Shown: positions 35,130 through 48,945, numbered from the stretch's first letter. The stretch: DNA of 52,117 nt from Octopus bimaculoides (GCF_001194135.2 NC_068981.1:10745418-10797534); one strand, 5' to 3'. Translations and numbers: made by a program. Notes: a model not told the origin generated them from the letters alone.

Positions 35130-35929
35130 TTTCAAACAAATAACAAATTACAATTGAAGATGATCTGCATCGAATTATAGGGGAGTTATTGTGGAGGCTT
35201 AATAAACCTTGGTTCTCTGCTCAAGATCATCTCAAGCAGATTGAGAAAGTATATAGAGAAAGGAAAGTTGGGGGCCTCAACAATTTGAAATAATTTGATA
35301 AAAACAAACGAACAAAAATATTTCCTTCGTCAAATCGCAACAGGTGATGAGAAACATAAGAGGCAGTGGCTATCGCCAAATGAGAACGAAGTTCTGACAC
35401 ACGAGCCAGATATATCCTAAAAGATTTTGCTACGCGTTTTATGAAATACGATATGCGTTGTTCAATTTGAATTATTGGAATGAAGGAAAAACGTCACCGC
35501 AAAACTTATTTTGTCAACGGCTTGAACATGTTAATTAAGTTTTTATTTTTTGCTCATAAAAAAAAAATCAAAGACCAACCGTATTTACTCAACAGAAAAG
35601 AAGTCATCCTGCAACATTATAATGTAACGCCACCCTTAGAGAAGATAACCTAAGACATGATGAATTCTTTAAGCAGGGAAGCTCTATCTCATCCTCCTTA
35701 CTTACCAAACCTAATTCCATCAGATTCTTATTCTCAATTATTTAGATGACACGAACACTTTATTGGAGAAAAAACACCCAGAAAGAGGAATTATGTCGAA
35801 ATAGCACTCCAAACATTCTTATTTTCTAAAGAATCTGTTTTTTAAAAAAAAATTTATTGCTCGAAGAATCAGAAAACTGGTTTCGAGGTAGGAAAATAAT
35901 ATATTACAAACGATGTTCATTATATTTTG

Positions 35930-35935
<6 letters not shown>
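35130..35935 (+). mobile_element. Mariner transposase relic (catalytic region), heavily decayed
   Basis: FLRQIATGDEK (from ~35322), VQFELL, LNRKEVILQH.N, EALSHPPYLPNLIPSDSY (35680-35735; the HPPYSPDLAPSD motif). Confidence 0.8.
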
Positions 35936-35967
<32 letters not shown>

Positions 35968-36107
35968 ATGTTTTATGCTGATCTGAAGTCATTACATCAT
36001 ATGCAACATTACACATCGGTAACCCTAACATACATATATATATTACTGACATTGCGCATAAGATCTTTAGAAGTGCGCGCGTGTTTGCATGTTTGCGCGC
36101 GAGTGTA

Positions 36108-36160
<53 letters not shown>

Positions 36161-36828
36161 NNNNNNNNNNTGCATGTATGTGTAATTGATAGAAGAAGAG
36201 AAGGAGGGAGGGGAAGAGATGGACAGAAAGACCGATATGACTAATACAACTCTTTAAACGGCTAATTAGAACTATTGAGGTTGTGGAATGAGAATAAAAT
36301 ATTTAAACGAGAGACAATCAAGCTGCTTTCTGAAGAATTACAATGAAACATCAAACGCCCATAACTTATGTCCTACATAGAAGATACCATTCTTCGCCTG
36401 AATTTTTCCACCAGTACAGCTTCGCATACATTGCTCTTATTGGTTTAATGCCGTTACGGTTATCATTGGATGAGATAAATGCCGAACGTTGCTGATATTT
36501 CAATGTCATTTCGTTTAGTTCAGGTGAAAGTTTCTACGTTAGGGAACAGTTTTATGGATAATTTGAAGTTACTTATTGGTTGAGGTATGTAGGTAACGAA
36601 TTCTATTGTTCAGAAAATTACGGTAGATTAAATAGATTATGTTTTGGTATTACTACGATCAGAGATTAACCCCTTGTTTCATTTAGAAGGTATAATAATG
36701 TTTAATCATCTTGAGACAAACTGTAGTGAATGCTGCAGTTTCTTTCAAAGGAAAACGTAAGTGAAAGTGAAAATAGAATACGGAAACCATAAAAATAAGC
36801 ATTATTATATACGTATGTGTGTATATAA

Positions 36829-37029
36829 GGCGGCGAACTGGCAGAATCATTAACACGCCAGAAAAAAAAAAAAGGTTAGCGGCATTTCGTCCGTCTTTAC
36901 ACTCTGAGGTCGACATTATCTTTCATCCTTCGGAGTCGATAAAATACGTACCAGTTGAGGACTGGGGTCAAAGTAATCGACGCATCCCTACTCGAACTTG
37001 CTGACCTTGTACCAAAATTTGAAACCAAC
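36829..37029 (+). mobile_element. SINE family C, variant with a different 3' end
   Basis: ggcggcgaactggcagaatcatt...gaggtcgac...tttcatccttcggagtcgataaaat..gtaccagttg...ctgaccttgtaccaaaatttgaaaccaa. Confidence 0.85.
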
Positions 37030-37869
37030 ATGTATATATATATANNNNNNNNNNNNNNNNNNNNNNNNNNNNNNNNNNNNNNNNNNNNNNNNNNNNNNNN
37101 NNNNNNNNNNNNNNNNNNNNNNNNNNNNNNNNNNNNNNNNNNNNNNNNNNNNNNNNNNNNNNNNNNNNNNNNNNNNNNNNNNNNNNNNNNNNNNNNNNNN
37201 NNNNNNNNNNNNNNNNNNNNNNNNNNNNNNNNNNNNNNNNNNNNNNNNNNNNNNNNNNNNNNNNNNNNNNNNNNNNNNNNNNNNNNNNNNNNNNNNNNNN
37301 NNNNNNNNNNNNNNNNNNNNNNNNNNNNNNNNNNNNNNNNNNNNNNNNNNNNNNNNNNNNNNNNNNNNNNNNNNNNNNNNNNNNNNNNNNNNNNNNNNNN
37401 NNNNNNNNNNNNNNNNNNNNNNNNNNNNNNNNNNNNNNNNNNNNNNNNNNNNNNNNNNNNNNNNNNNNNNNNNNNNNNNNNNNNNNNNNNNNNNNNNNNN
37501 NNNNNNNNNNNNNNNNNNNNNNNNNNNNNNNNNNNNNNNNNNNNNNNNNNNNNNNNNNNNNNNNNNNNNNNNNNNNNNNNNNNNNNNNNNNNNNNNNNNN
37601 NNNNNNNNNNNNNNNNNNNNNNNNNNNNNNNNNNNNNNNNNNNNNNNNNNNNNNNNNNNNNNNNNNNNNNNNNNNNNNNNNNNNNNNNNNNNNNNNNNNN
37701 NNNNNNNNNNNNNNNNGCTTCATTTTAGGATTTGGTTTGCAAGATTCTTTATGCGAGTTCGTATGTTAAAGCATATTTTGCTGTGTCTGGGAAGAGTCAT
37801 TCGCTTTTTGTGCCTTACTATTTAACAACTCCGTTATCCGAGCTGCGTTCTTTTCGTTTGTTTGCACGC

Positions 37870-38090
37870 ATGTGTGTGGGTCTGTATGTGTGCACATACA
37901 CATGTATGTATGTATGTATGTATGTATGTGTGTATGTATGTATGTATGTATGTATGTATGTTATCAATCAGTTTCATTTCTGTATTTCTTGTCCATAGAG
38001 AAAGAGCCGGACTCTAACATAGATTCAAGGCTCCTTCATTGGAACTTGTGCATACAAGTGTGTGCATACATGCATGTGTGTGTACGTATG

Positions 38091-38122
<32 letters not shown>

Positions 38123-38560
38123 TGCGTGTACGTTTGTATGTATTCTGCATATTCATGTTTGTGTTCGTGTTTTTGTATTTTTATGTGTATGTGTTTGCAT
38201 GTGTGTGTGTGTGTATGTGTGTGTGTGTATGTGTGTGTGTGTGTATGTGTTTGTATCTCTGTCTCCTTGTGTGTGCATATCTGAGTGTGTCTGTGTATAG
38301 GTTTTTTTACTATGTACTGTGTCTGCATGTATGGAGGTATCTCTATATGTGTCCTTGTGTGAAGTGAAGTGTGTGTCTGGTATATGGTCACGTGTTTCAG
38401 TCTTCATTTGCGCATGTATGTGTGCTTGTCTGTTCATATTACCAATGTACCTATCCATCCGTATGTCTCTGTTTACATTCATATCCATTTACCTACATAT
38501 ATATGCATATATATATACCTATATGTATACATACATACATCTACATAACACACGCACACT
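37870..38560. repeat. Compound (TATG)/(TG)/(CA) field enclosing a LINE 3'-end fragment
   Basis: Direct. Confidence 0.85.
37961..38046 (-). mobile_element. Isolated terminal ~85 bp of the Dong-like LINE
   Basis: Reverse complement ttccaatgaaggagccttgaatctatgttagagtccggctctttctctatggacaagaaa... matches 15509-15590. Confidence 0.8.
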
Positions 38561-38809
38561 CTCACACACACATTTGAAAATAAAGATACAAAATAATATT
38601 TTCACATAACAAATGTTTTTATGGAAAAGTCCAATTGTAAAAATATTAGTGAATATTTTCACAAGGTAAGTTTTATACACAAAAACGAGAAAAGTTTTCA
38701 TATAGAAAAAGTTTACGTACAAAAATTCTTCCTTATAAAAAGATTTTATAGAATAAAATTCTAGTCTATGTTGTAACCGAAGGAAGTATTGCAGGGAAGG
38801 AAAATTAAA

Positions 38810-38990
<181 letters not shown>

Positions 38991-39154
38991 TAGATGGCCC
39001 CTAGCTTGAGCAAATGTGTTTTTTTTTATGGGAAGGAAAGCGATTTATAAGTCAGTTGTGTTATTTCATAGCTGGAAGTTAACTGTGACTGAGAAAACCT
39101 ATGATCAAAGGCGTTCCAGATACGACTGTCTCTTCTTTATTGCCTTTCCATTCA

Positions 39155-39350
39155 GTGGCGAATTGGCAGGGTCATTGAATCATTAGAGCGTCGAATAGCA
39201 TGACACGCAGCATTTGTTCCATCTTTCTACGCCCTGGGTTCAAATCCTGCCTAGGTCATCTTTGTCTTTCATCATTTTGGGGTCGATAAAAAAGTGACTT
39301 ATAGTATTTGCTCCGGTTCTTTGTCCACAGACTTTAAATTCCGCCATGAT
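39155..39350 (+). mobile_element. Degenerate SINE family C-like copy
   Basis: ggcgaattggcag...gggttcaaatcctgcctaggtcatctttgtctttcatcattttggggtcgataaaa. Confidence 0.55.
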
Positions 39351-39499
39351 CTACCCAGAAAGTTGGTTAATACTTCGTCCAGTCTAACACCATTATCTGG
39401 TTTCCTGGGTACCTTTAGTGGAGTCAAATTTGTTGAAGAACTTGGGCCAAGTGTCCGGTTTGATGATATCTTCCTGCCTGTCTCTCAACTACCTCGGCA

Positions 39500-39743
39500 T
39501 AACCATCAGTCTCTGGATATTTCTGTCTCGAGTTTTCGGACTCATGCGACTGGTTACTCGGTTTCCATGGCGTGCAAGCGACCGAGATCACGATACACCC
39601 ACTGAAAAAGACAGCAGGGGGTGGAGCAACGTGGAATGAAGTGTTTGGCTCATGAACACAAAGCACCACCCGGTCCAAGAATCGAAACCACAACCTTGCG
39701 ATCCTTAATACAACTTCTTCACCATTAGGCCACTCACCTTCAC
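39500..39743 (-). mobile_element. Old tRNA-derived SINE (family F)
   Basis: Minus strand: tggcctaatggt (A box)...ggtttcgattc (B box)...ttgtgttcatgagccaaacacttcattccacgttgctcc. The 3' boundary is approximate. Confidence 0.6.
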
Positions 39744-40352
39744 TCCACTTATCTCAGAGACCACACTGCCTTCCTTCTTAACTAAAAGATTAAGAGATAG
39801 AAACTAATTCCACTCTCGGTTCCACTACATTCCGGACTACATAATTCAATATGCTACCAGCCAATTCCAAAATTCTTTTCAAGATGGCTAGAAAGACCAG
39901 GCCGAGATTCCTACTCATGTTATTTTTGCCATTTTATATATTTTTGTATTTTATCTCCGGTTTATTTGAAGCGTTTAAGCGGTAACTTTGGAACAAACTG
40001 AATGCGTCTATTACGTCACTTCATTGTCTAGATCATCTCACTAATTAGATGTAGATCATCTCACTAATTAAGGCTTGACCTCTTAACCCTACACACATCT
40101 CTCACTTGATTCGGGCTATCCTTTGAGTAAACAACGCACACATTACTCCGGACACGATATGATATATATCCACCTTTGCTACTACAATTATCTCCGGAAA
40201 ATACCCACAAGGATTCTTTACATGGATGTTTACTGCTGGAGTGAAGCTCCACTCCAAGTACTGTTTCTTCTTTGTTCTTTTTTCAGCGCATCGCTCTCAC
40301 TTCTTACTACAAATCTCCTCTTATAGATGTAATAATCCATTCCTCTACTATT

Positions 40353-40404
40353 ACCGTATCCAATGAAGGGATACATTGGATTTTCCCTGAAACAGCTGTG
40401 AGAC
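40353..40404 (+). ncRNA. Degenerate hammerhead-like motif (CAGCTG family), probably dead
   Basis: accgtat CCAATGA AGGGATAC...TTCCCT GAAA C-AGCT-G TG AGAC; same family as 1964-2011, with both core and triplet mutated. Confidence 0.45.
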
Positions 40405-40699
40405 TTTATCCATAAAATATATTTCTAACTTTGCCATTGGTCTCTTTATCCTTTTCTCTCTTTATACATACACACGCTAATACACGACCTATGTTATATT
40501 CCCCACTCATGTTTATACAACGACAGGGGCATAACTTACCTGTATCTTTGGGTTTGGTTGACTCCAATACCCTTCATAACCTTATTATATATACACATAT
40601 ACATATATATACACACATACATATATAACTCACGAAACTCTCGGCCTTTGAGCCAAGAAGTAGGTTCTGCTACATGTTAATAAAAACTAAGGACAGGCA

Positions 40700-40734
<35 letters not shown>

Positions 40735-40837
40735 CTGTGTGCATATCCTTGTCTGAGTTTTATCCTTGTCTGTATATCTATATTCTTTTTGGGAATAATG
40801 ACTTCCCTAACACCTCACATTTAAGCTATAAATAACG

Positions 40838-40840
<3 letters not shown>

Positions 40841-40902
<62 letters not shown>

Positions 40903-41110
40903 CATACCCTCCACACACATACACATATATATATATGTATACATACATACGTATATGTATAACGTATATATTTGTATATATATATATTTATATTTATATC
41001 TATCTATGCATACATACATACATACATATAAACACACACACACACATACACATACACACACACATGCACACACACATATATATATATGTATGTGTGTGTA
41101 TGAATATATT
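40841..41110. repeat. Compound (CA)/(TA) microsatellite field
   Basis: Direct. Confidence 0.9.
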
Positions 41111-44100
41111 TCTTAATATGCGTATGTATATGTGTGTATATATAAAGCAACTCTTATAAATATCTAACTTAATCGAAATAGGAAGCTGACACCAAAGTGA
41201 ATGCGTTAATGCTTGTGTGAATAAATATATTCAGAAGTGAGTATATGTGTGTGTGTATGTCTTTGTGTGTGTATGTCTGTGTGTGCCCGTGTGTGCCTCT
41301 GCGCGTGTGTATGTGTTTAGATATACACGTACATGCAAGTATGTTAACAGATGTGGGAGACTTTTATATTTACACGCACACGTATCCGCAAAGATAACAT
41401 TTTTGCGTAAATATGTTTAAGCAATGATTTTAGAACCACTTAGTACCACCAAGGTTTATGCTAATTTAGACAGACAATGCTATTCAGAATCTAGAAAGCC
41501 GAAAGCTATTATAACTTCGTACAAAACTAAGAAGGAGCTACTCAGCTTGAAAACCGATGACCACTAAGTATCTATCTGCAATGAGAAATGTCTTCCCGAA
41601 TATCTAATTTATTTCGTACGAAGGAAGAAATGAATTTTGATAGGGAAGATTTTCTAACAAGACATAGGTAAGAGATAACTGTAAACAAGTAAAACATAAA
41701 GGTAAGTGGCCATAACGCTGCCTAATAAGCCTGCTGTGCAAATACGATGTGTTAAAATATATGTCAATTTACTTATCAAGCTGACGGGAAGTTATGAAAC
41801 AAAATTTTGCATTTCAGTAAGTATTTACGTTGAAAGTGTTATCAGTTACCAGAAAACCTGGTTTTCCTTCACCTGAAAGTATGAATATTCACTAAAGTTG
41901 TTTGAATCGTGGAAATATTACCTGAGAAGCTAGGTGAAAGGATGTGGAAACGGTTGGTATTATGTCATTTATGAACATTGTTGATGCTGACTCTAATTTA
42001 CTTTAAAAATAAAAGAGATTAATTAGTCATAGATTATTGATTTTTCTTAAATATGCAAATTATTCACGCCTACTTGCCTACAGTATTGTACATCTACTTA
42101 ATGATTCTGTCATTGATATTTCAACAAGTAAATCTAAATCTATACTTCGTTGAGAAGGCCTAATAAGATAGAAACGTACCTGAAGTTGTCTCCGTCAATC
42201 TTTTGACAACTTGAGTGCTAGCAAGCAATTCGGGCTTAATTTTCGGTATGAAGGTACCTTTCTTTCTTTCTGCCTTCACTACCGGAAGCTCTGCAGCGGG
42301 TTATAGACGCTGCCTTCATTCCTGACTAATAGAAAAAAGGAATTTGGCAAACTTAAACTTGTTGGGAGCTCATCGTACGCACGCACGCACGCACGCACGC
42401 ACACACACATATATATACACACACAAATCTAGATTGATATATAGATAGCTGTGCGTGCATAGCTGTGTATGTATTTGGTGATGCAATCCAGGGTATCGAA
42501 TCCAGGGTGCCGTCAAAAACAGCAACTTAGCTTCAGCCTCTTTGATAAATGGAGATTGGTAAAAGAAGTACTAAACTGACATATCTACTAGGATTGATAT
42601 GATCGATCGAATGCCTCAGTATTGTCACAATCCATACCTGAAACCAGTAAAAGAGTAAGAGAGAATCAGTAACTCTATCTTTGTTATGTAGTGAGAAAGC
42701 TTACTGTAAATTGATATGAAGTATCTAACGTTTCAATGCATTACGATTGCAAGGAAGATAAGGTTCCGTAGGCTTGCATTAAAATGAAAAAAAAGAAGAA
42801 AAAAACCCCCAAAACAAAAAAACAAAATAAAATAAACAGGAGGTATTGTCGTTGTTGTTAGTGAATCCCTCGCATTTGTTCTCGATTGATGTGAAACAAG
42901 TCTTTTGCGAAACAATATATTATGAAACACGTAAGGAAGAAAACTTTTTGTATTCTTGCACTGACATGAAAAGATAGGATGTAGAGCAGTTTTTGCTGAT
43001 TAGTTCCGACATGAAACTATTGTGTCGACGTCCCCAAGACATAAATAGAGTTAGTCAAGCCGTGGTAGAGCTGTTGAGTGACTGTTGAGTAGCAGTCGAG
43101 TAGCGGTTGCGTAGAGATCATCCAAAGGTGCTACATAGCAGTAGTTTGAGACATAACAGAAACCGAAATCTTCTACGCCACAATAGATTAGGAAACTTTT
43201 CACAAGGGAGATAACTATTTTCTTTAGTCATTGATTTAAAGGCACACGGTCTATCAGTGGTTGATGTTGGTGTTTAACGAGATAACGAGATAATGAGCAT
43301 TCCAACGATGACCATCCTATCTTAGTGTATATCTATAACTATAATGTTCAATGTTTACTTATGTTTACTTAAACATTTTTTAAAGACCGCACTGTATGGA
43401 TTCTCCGGGACGTGGCTTCGATTTCTAGTAAGTCAGGAATCTCATTGAGGACTTCACATTTTTCGTTGCTGAAACGTCAGACTTAAAACCTAATTCTAAA
43501 CTTCAGATTTTAATTCTATCTCTAGAACTTTGTCTTAGTGGCAAGCAATGCAGTTGCAGGCACTGGTTTCTGATTAACACATCAATCCACAGTTTTTTAA
43601 GGGAAAGGATTATTTAGCTGATCCTGTCGATCACTATTTAATTTTATTTTATCGAATCTGGAGAAGTGACGGGAAAATTGACCTGGGTAGAATTTGATCG
43701 TAGACCGTAAAGAACCAGAACGAATAACGTAAAGCATTTCACCAGTGCTCTAGCAATTCGTTCATTATTCTTAGAGTAATTATTATAACGAACATTCTGA
43801 TGACGACGAGTTATTAAAAGAGAGATCCGAACTAAATTTATTATAGTATCTAGTTATATTCCTTGAATTTTTGCTAGTTTTCGCACATTCCCCGAGCTCA
43901 TGTATTTTTGACCCTCAAATAAGGGTAATAGTGAGTTCAACCAAAGATTGACCCCTTTCCAGTTTGAGGAGTCAACTATGGTTTCATATTTCCGAGGTCG
44001 ATAAAATAAGGATCAATAATCACGAAGTCTATTCAAACGATCACCCCGAAGTCTCATGCTGAGCGAAGATTGATTTTGTGTCTAATCAAAAGAAATCATT

Positions 44101-44459
44101 TCCATACCAAATAATTTAAACGAGCTTGAAGAAATAAAATTTCACAGCCATGAAGTCTTTGTTGTAATTCAATCGATATTTCCACAGGTAGAAGAATGTT
44201 TTGCGGTAACTTATTATTAGACAGACATTGTAATTGACTTCGTGAATTACGATGTATAACATTCCATTAAATGTACCAGTCATATGTCATCTAAACAGAC
44301 TAATACAAAAACATATGTGGACTATAGATAAACTTATGTATGGCATTGGAAAGCAAGCTCACACATGGAATAGATGTATATAAAGACATGATACAAAGAT
44401 ATAAAACATATAAAACAGACCTATATAAATGCATATATACATACATATATTCACACTTT

Positions 44460-44460
<1 letters not shown>

Positions 44461-44527
<67 letters not shown>

Positions 44528-44593
44528 CATATTATGCATATACACATATATGTATGTATATATATATTATGCATACACACATATGTATATGTA

Positions 44594-44637
<44 letters not shown>
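44461..44637. repeat. (TA)n plus (TCTA)n microsatellites
   Basis: Direct. Confidence 0.95.
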
Positions 44638-44638
<1 letters not shown>

Positions 44639-45799
44639 GTTTGTACATTCACAAAATTTTATTTGACAAGTTCGAGAAACGAACGAAAGCGCTGATAATA
44701 ATGAAAAGATATAAAAAATTTTTTCCAAAATTCTGACGACTTTTTTTCTCAATATATATACATATGAGCACATATATATACAACAGACATGTACACGCAC
44801 ATATATGAAACACAAATAGATATGTAAAACTAAGTATTTATACACATACAAGGAATACCGGGACCATTTACCATATTGAGTAGTGATATTTTATCAGCGT
44901 TTACCTTTCTGCTTTATACAGATACAATATAAGTAAAAGTGCATGTGTTTTGCCCGAAGTCAAGGTTACATTCGATATATTTGTTAATTCGAGAGGTAAT
45001 CGAGTAGTCAAATTTATCAACTAGGTGTATATGCTTAGACGGAAAATGTTTTCATTAGCATACAGAAAAATTTTGTAGATATAGTTGCTCCTATGTTCTT
45101 TATGTAGGGAGTGCTATACCAAGTTATATTTCTTTGCCTTGTAGCATTAAGGTTAACTTACCAATAGTTATTTGTTGTGGTGAATTTTTCTCAGAAACTG
45201 TAATCATACAATTTTAATTACATCCCTGTGCTTGGAATCAGTATTAGAACTTTAAGCAAAATGTACCCCTGCATCATCGCTAACTTCAGATGATTTCATT
45301 CGTTTTTACATTCTTATAGCTGTGGAAATTACCAGACTTCATTTTATCGTCGGATACAATTATAATACTCTGTGTCTTTGGTAGTGTCAGCCTTGGGATC
45401 CCTAATATTTGTAGCTATAGCTGTTTTCTGCTCTATGCTTTTCTCCTAGGAGTATTTATTACTATATCAGCCGCTCTTCCTTGATCAGCACTTGGGCATT
45501 TAGTTGTATTATCATCTTCATATCTATAGCTTTTCAATAGTCGCTTGAATGAAATGGTTGTAGGTTCAACATTACGTATATCAGTTTTGAATTTTAACTC
45601 CCGTGAAATTTTATTTTGATTTGAAACTGATTAACAGTACAGCAAGATTAATATTCATTAACCTTTAGTTTTTGGAAAGGACCACCTTTAAGGTACAGTT
45701 TCCTTGCTCTTTCATTACTTCCCCTTCCTTTCAGTGCTTCATTATAATATTCTGCGTTCTTGTATATTTATCTTCTCTTCTTTTTCTTTCATCTTTTAT

Positions 45800-46022
45800 T
45801 TGTTTCATTCATCTAACTCCGGTCATACTGGGGCATCTCCTTGGAGAAATTTTTTTAGTCGAATGATTCGATCCCAATACTTATTATTTTAAGCCTGGTA
45901 CTTATTGTACAGGTTTCCTTTTTCCGAACCGCTAAGTTACGGGAACGTAAACACACCAGCATCAGTTGTCAAGCAGTGATGGTGGTGGGGGGGGTCAAAC
46001 ACAGTACACACACACACACACA
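45800..46022 (-). mobile_element. SINE family B-like, 3' half
   Basis: ccgaaccgctaagttacgggaacgtaaacacaccagcatcagttgtcaagc...caaacacag then (CA)n running into the gap. Confidence 0.8.
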
Positions 46023-46476
46023 NNNNNNNNNNNNNNNNNNNNNNNNNNNNNNNNNNNNNNNNNNNNNNNNNNNNNNNNNNNNNNNNNNNNNNNNNNNNNN
46101 NNNNNNNNNNNNNNNNNNNNNNNNNNNNNNNNNNNNNNNNNNNNNNNNNNNNNNNNNNNNNNNNNNNNNNNNNNNNNNNNNNNNNNNNNNNNNNNNNNNN
46201 NNNNNNNNNNNNNNNNNNNNNNNNNNNNNNNNNNNNNNNNNNNNNNNNNNNNNNNNNNNNNNNNNNNNNNNNNNNNNNNNNNNNNNNNNNNNNNNNNNNN
46301 NNNNNNNNNNNNNNGGTAAAAGACTTTTCAATTTTTACCGAGATCAAGCTAATACCCTTGCTTGTTGCTCCTACACCTGTCTTCGTCTTTGTTTTTCTAT
46401 AAATTTGAACTATACATACATACATATATGCATACATGCATACGTACATACATGCACACATACAAACATACATAAT

Positions 46477-46509
<33 letters not shown>

Positions 46510-46516
46510 TACATAC

Positions 46517-46679
46517 ATACGACGGGTTTTCTTTCAGTTTCCGTCTAACAAAACAACTCACTAGGATTTGGTCAGCCCGAGGCTATGGTAGAAGACACTT
46601 GCTCAAGGGGCCACGCAGTAGGACTGGATTCAGAACCATGCCGTTAGGAAGCAAGCTTCTTACCACACAATTACACCTC
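46517..46679 (-). mobile_element. SINE family B-like, 5' half (may be the same copy as 45800-46022)
   Basis: atacgacgggttttctttcagtttccgtct...gaagacacttgctcaaggggccacgcagtaggact...cttaccacac. Confidence 0.8.
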
Positions 46680-46884
46680 ATTGGTCAATAATTTAGGTAT
46701 TCAAAATGAAATATTTTCATTAAGATTATTTATAATAGAACTAGAATGATATAGAATTCTTGTTTATGCTTGTAGATTTTCTTTCTGCTTATGGTGAGGA
46801 ATGTATAGGAACCGAATGAAAATCTACGCTGTATATACAGATTTATCATCCTGGTTCTATCTAATCTAATCTAATCTAATCTAA

Positions 46885-47130
46885 TCTAATAATATATAAA
46901 ATAGGGATGAATGTGTATTCACTTTTCACGCGAAAACGGCTTCACCAATTGCTTCCATAGTTGTGATGCATGAATAATTGCATTTCAGACAAATAATAGG
47001 CTCTTCATTTGATTCATTTTATTAGAAATAAAAAATATTACCTTATATTTATGATTCACTTCTTTAAAAAAGGTTTCTCAGTGTCAACATCCGGTATTGA
47101 CGTAAAAACAGCGAAGTCTGTTACTGTCTA
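46885..47130 (+). mobile_element. Helitron/Helentron-like 5' terminus
   Basis: tctaataatatataaaa...cacttttcacgcgaaaacggct..accaatt resembles invertebrate Helitron 5' ends (from memory); preceded by (CTAAT)n. Confidence 0.45.
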
Positions 47131-47140
47131 ATTTTAATGT

Positions 47141-47219
47141 TTTCATTTATATTTTTCTGTTTTCATTTCTATTTTTCTGTTTTCATTTCTATTTTTCTGT
47201 TTTCATTTCTATTTTCTGT
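47141..47219. repeat. 20-bp minisatellite x4 (tttcatttctatttttctgt)
   Basis: Direct. Confidence 0.95.
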
Positions 47220-47381
47220 TGTCATTTCAAGTTTTAATTCGCTATTTGTAAACAACTGCGATAAATTACTGAAAGAAATATTTACTAAGGTCACAAATTT
47301 AAATATACGGTACAAGAGTTTTTAACGTGCTTTTATTTATACGATTTTTTCATTCCATGTCTATCTCATTCATTGTTTGCT

Positions 47382-47382
<1 letters not shown>

Positions 47383-47442
<60 letters not shown>

Positions 47443-47443
47443 C

Positions 47444-47495
<52 letters not shown>

Positions 47496-47521
47496 TCCTT
47501 CTTTCTTTCTTTCTTTCTTTC
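47383..47521. repeat. (CT)n-(TTTC)n polypyrimidine microsatellite
   Basis: Direct. Confidence 0.95.
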
Positions 47522-48088
47522 ACACACGCACCGCCACACACTCTATATTTGATTTCGTTATTACACAAATATCACATTAAAATTTTGCAATTCAACATTG
47601 GGCGTCCAAAATATATGGGCATTATTTTGCTTGAACTCGCACACTTCGTTAATTTCCGTAAAATTGATTTATTTATTTTCTTTTTCTCACCGTGTTCAGC
47701 TCTATGTATTTGTAGTCAGTCACACACGCACACGTGTGTTTTTGTATGTACGTTTGTATGCATTCATGTAAGCGTGTGTTTGTGTGTGTGAGCGACTAAA
47801 GGCGTGTGTTGTCATGCATATGTACATACATAAATACATCTTTTTTGTATGCATGTATGTGTGTATGTGTGAGAGAGAGAGTGATGTTTAAGTGGCACTC
47901 ACTCTCTCTTCCACACACACATACACGCACACATACATACAAGAATGATGTATGCCTATTTATTTATGTATGTACATATACATGACAATACACCCCTTCA
48001 TTCGCTCTCTCTATCTCACACACATACACACACACACAACACACACGTCCATTTCTTCTAATGTTTGATACTGTATGTATATGTATCT

Positions 48089-48330
48089 TTGTGTTATTTC
48101 TTTACTATCCACAAAGGGCTACACACAGAGGGGACAAACAAGGACAGGCAAAAGGATTAAGTCGATTATATCGACCCCAGTGCGTAACTGGTACTTATTT
48201 AATCGACCCCGAAAGGATGAAAGGCAAAGTCGACCTCGGCGGAATTTGAACTCAGAACGGAAAAACACACGAAATACCGCTAAGCATTTCGTCCGGCTTG
48301 CTAACGTTTCTGCCAGCTCGCAGCCTTGTA
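48089..48330 (-). mobile_element. SINE family C, full length, flanked by a perfect 30-bp direct repeat
   Basis: Head ggctgcgagctggcagaaacgttagc (from 48325 down), B-box-like gagttcaaattcc, tail agtaaagaaataa; taatgtttgatactgtatgtatatgtatct at 48059-48088 and 48331-48360. Confidence 0.92.
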
Positions 48331-48448
48331 TAATGTTTGATACTGTATGTATATGTATCTGTCTGTGTGTGTGTGTGTGCGCGCGCGTGCGGCGTTTCAC
48401 AATCGCCAGAAAAAAAGAAGCAGAGGAATTTTCTTTCTTGAGGCTTTT

Positions 48449-48945
48449 GGTGGCACAAGTAAAACATTTGTAACATTGTTCTTCTCCAAGGTAAGGTAAC
48501 AAAAAAAATTGCAATTGCTGTCACAATTCTCCCAGGAGGACGAACAGCTCATTCTGTTTTTAAATCACCACAAAACCTAGTTACTAATGACAGTCCAATT
48601 TGTAACATAAGCAAAGATTCAGGTTCAGCAGAAGTATTGTGCCAATGTCACCTTATCAGTTGGGATGAATGCACCATGTTACATAGAGGTGCAATAGAAG
48701 CTCTTGGTAAGACCTTACAGGACTTCAGAGGCAACAATAAATCTATGGGAGGAGTTACATTAGTTTTATCAGGAGACTTCAGACAGACATTACCAGTCAT
48801 TCTGAGACGAACAAGATCTGATGAAATAATAGCATGCATTAAGTCTTCACTCCTATAGAATAAAGTGCGGACATTCTCTTTCAATACTAACATGCGAGCT
48901 TCATTACATAGTGACCAACATGCAAAACAGTTTTCAGCAAATTTG
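48449..48945 (+). mobile_element. Helitron PIF1-type helicase fragment, decayed
   Basis: GGTSKTF (Walker A), ILPGGRTAHSVFK, ISWDECTM (Walker B), GGVTLVLSGDFRQTLPV, NMRA; in-frame stops. Confidence 0.85.

Noticed and set aside
43382-43396. Tc1-like TIR end (tacagtgcggtcttt on the minus strand)
   Set aside because: No matching partner TIR or transposase sequence found nearby.
47141-47219. Short direct-repeat arrays (also 3103-3137 and 34584-34627) as possible CRISPR arrays
   Set aside because: They are head-to-tail repeats with no unique spacers, no cas genes, and the context is eukaryotic.
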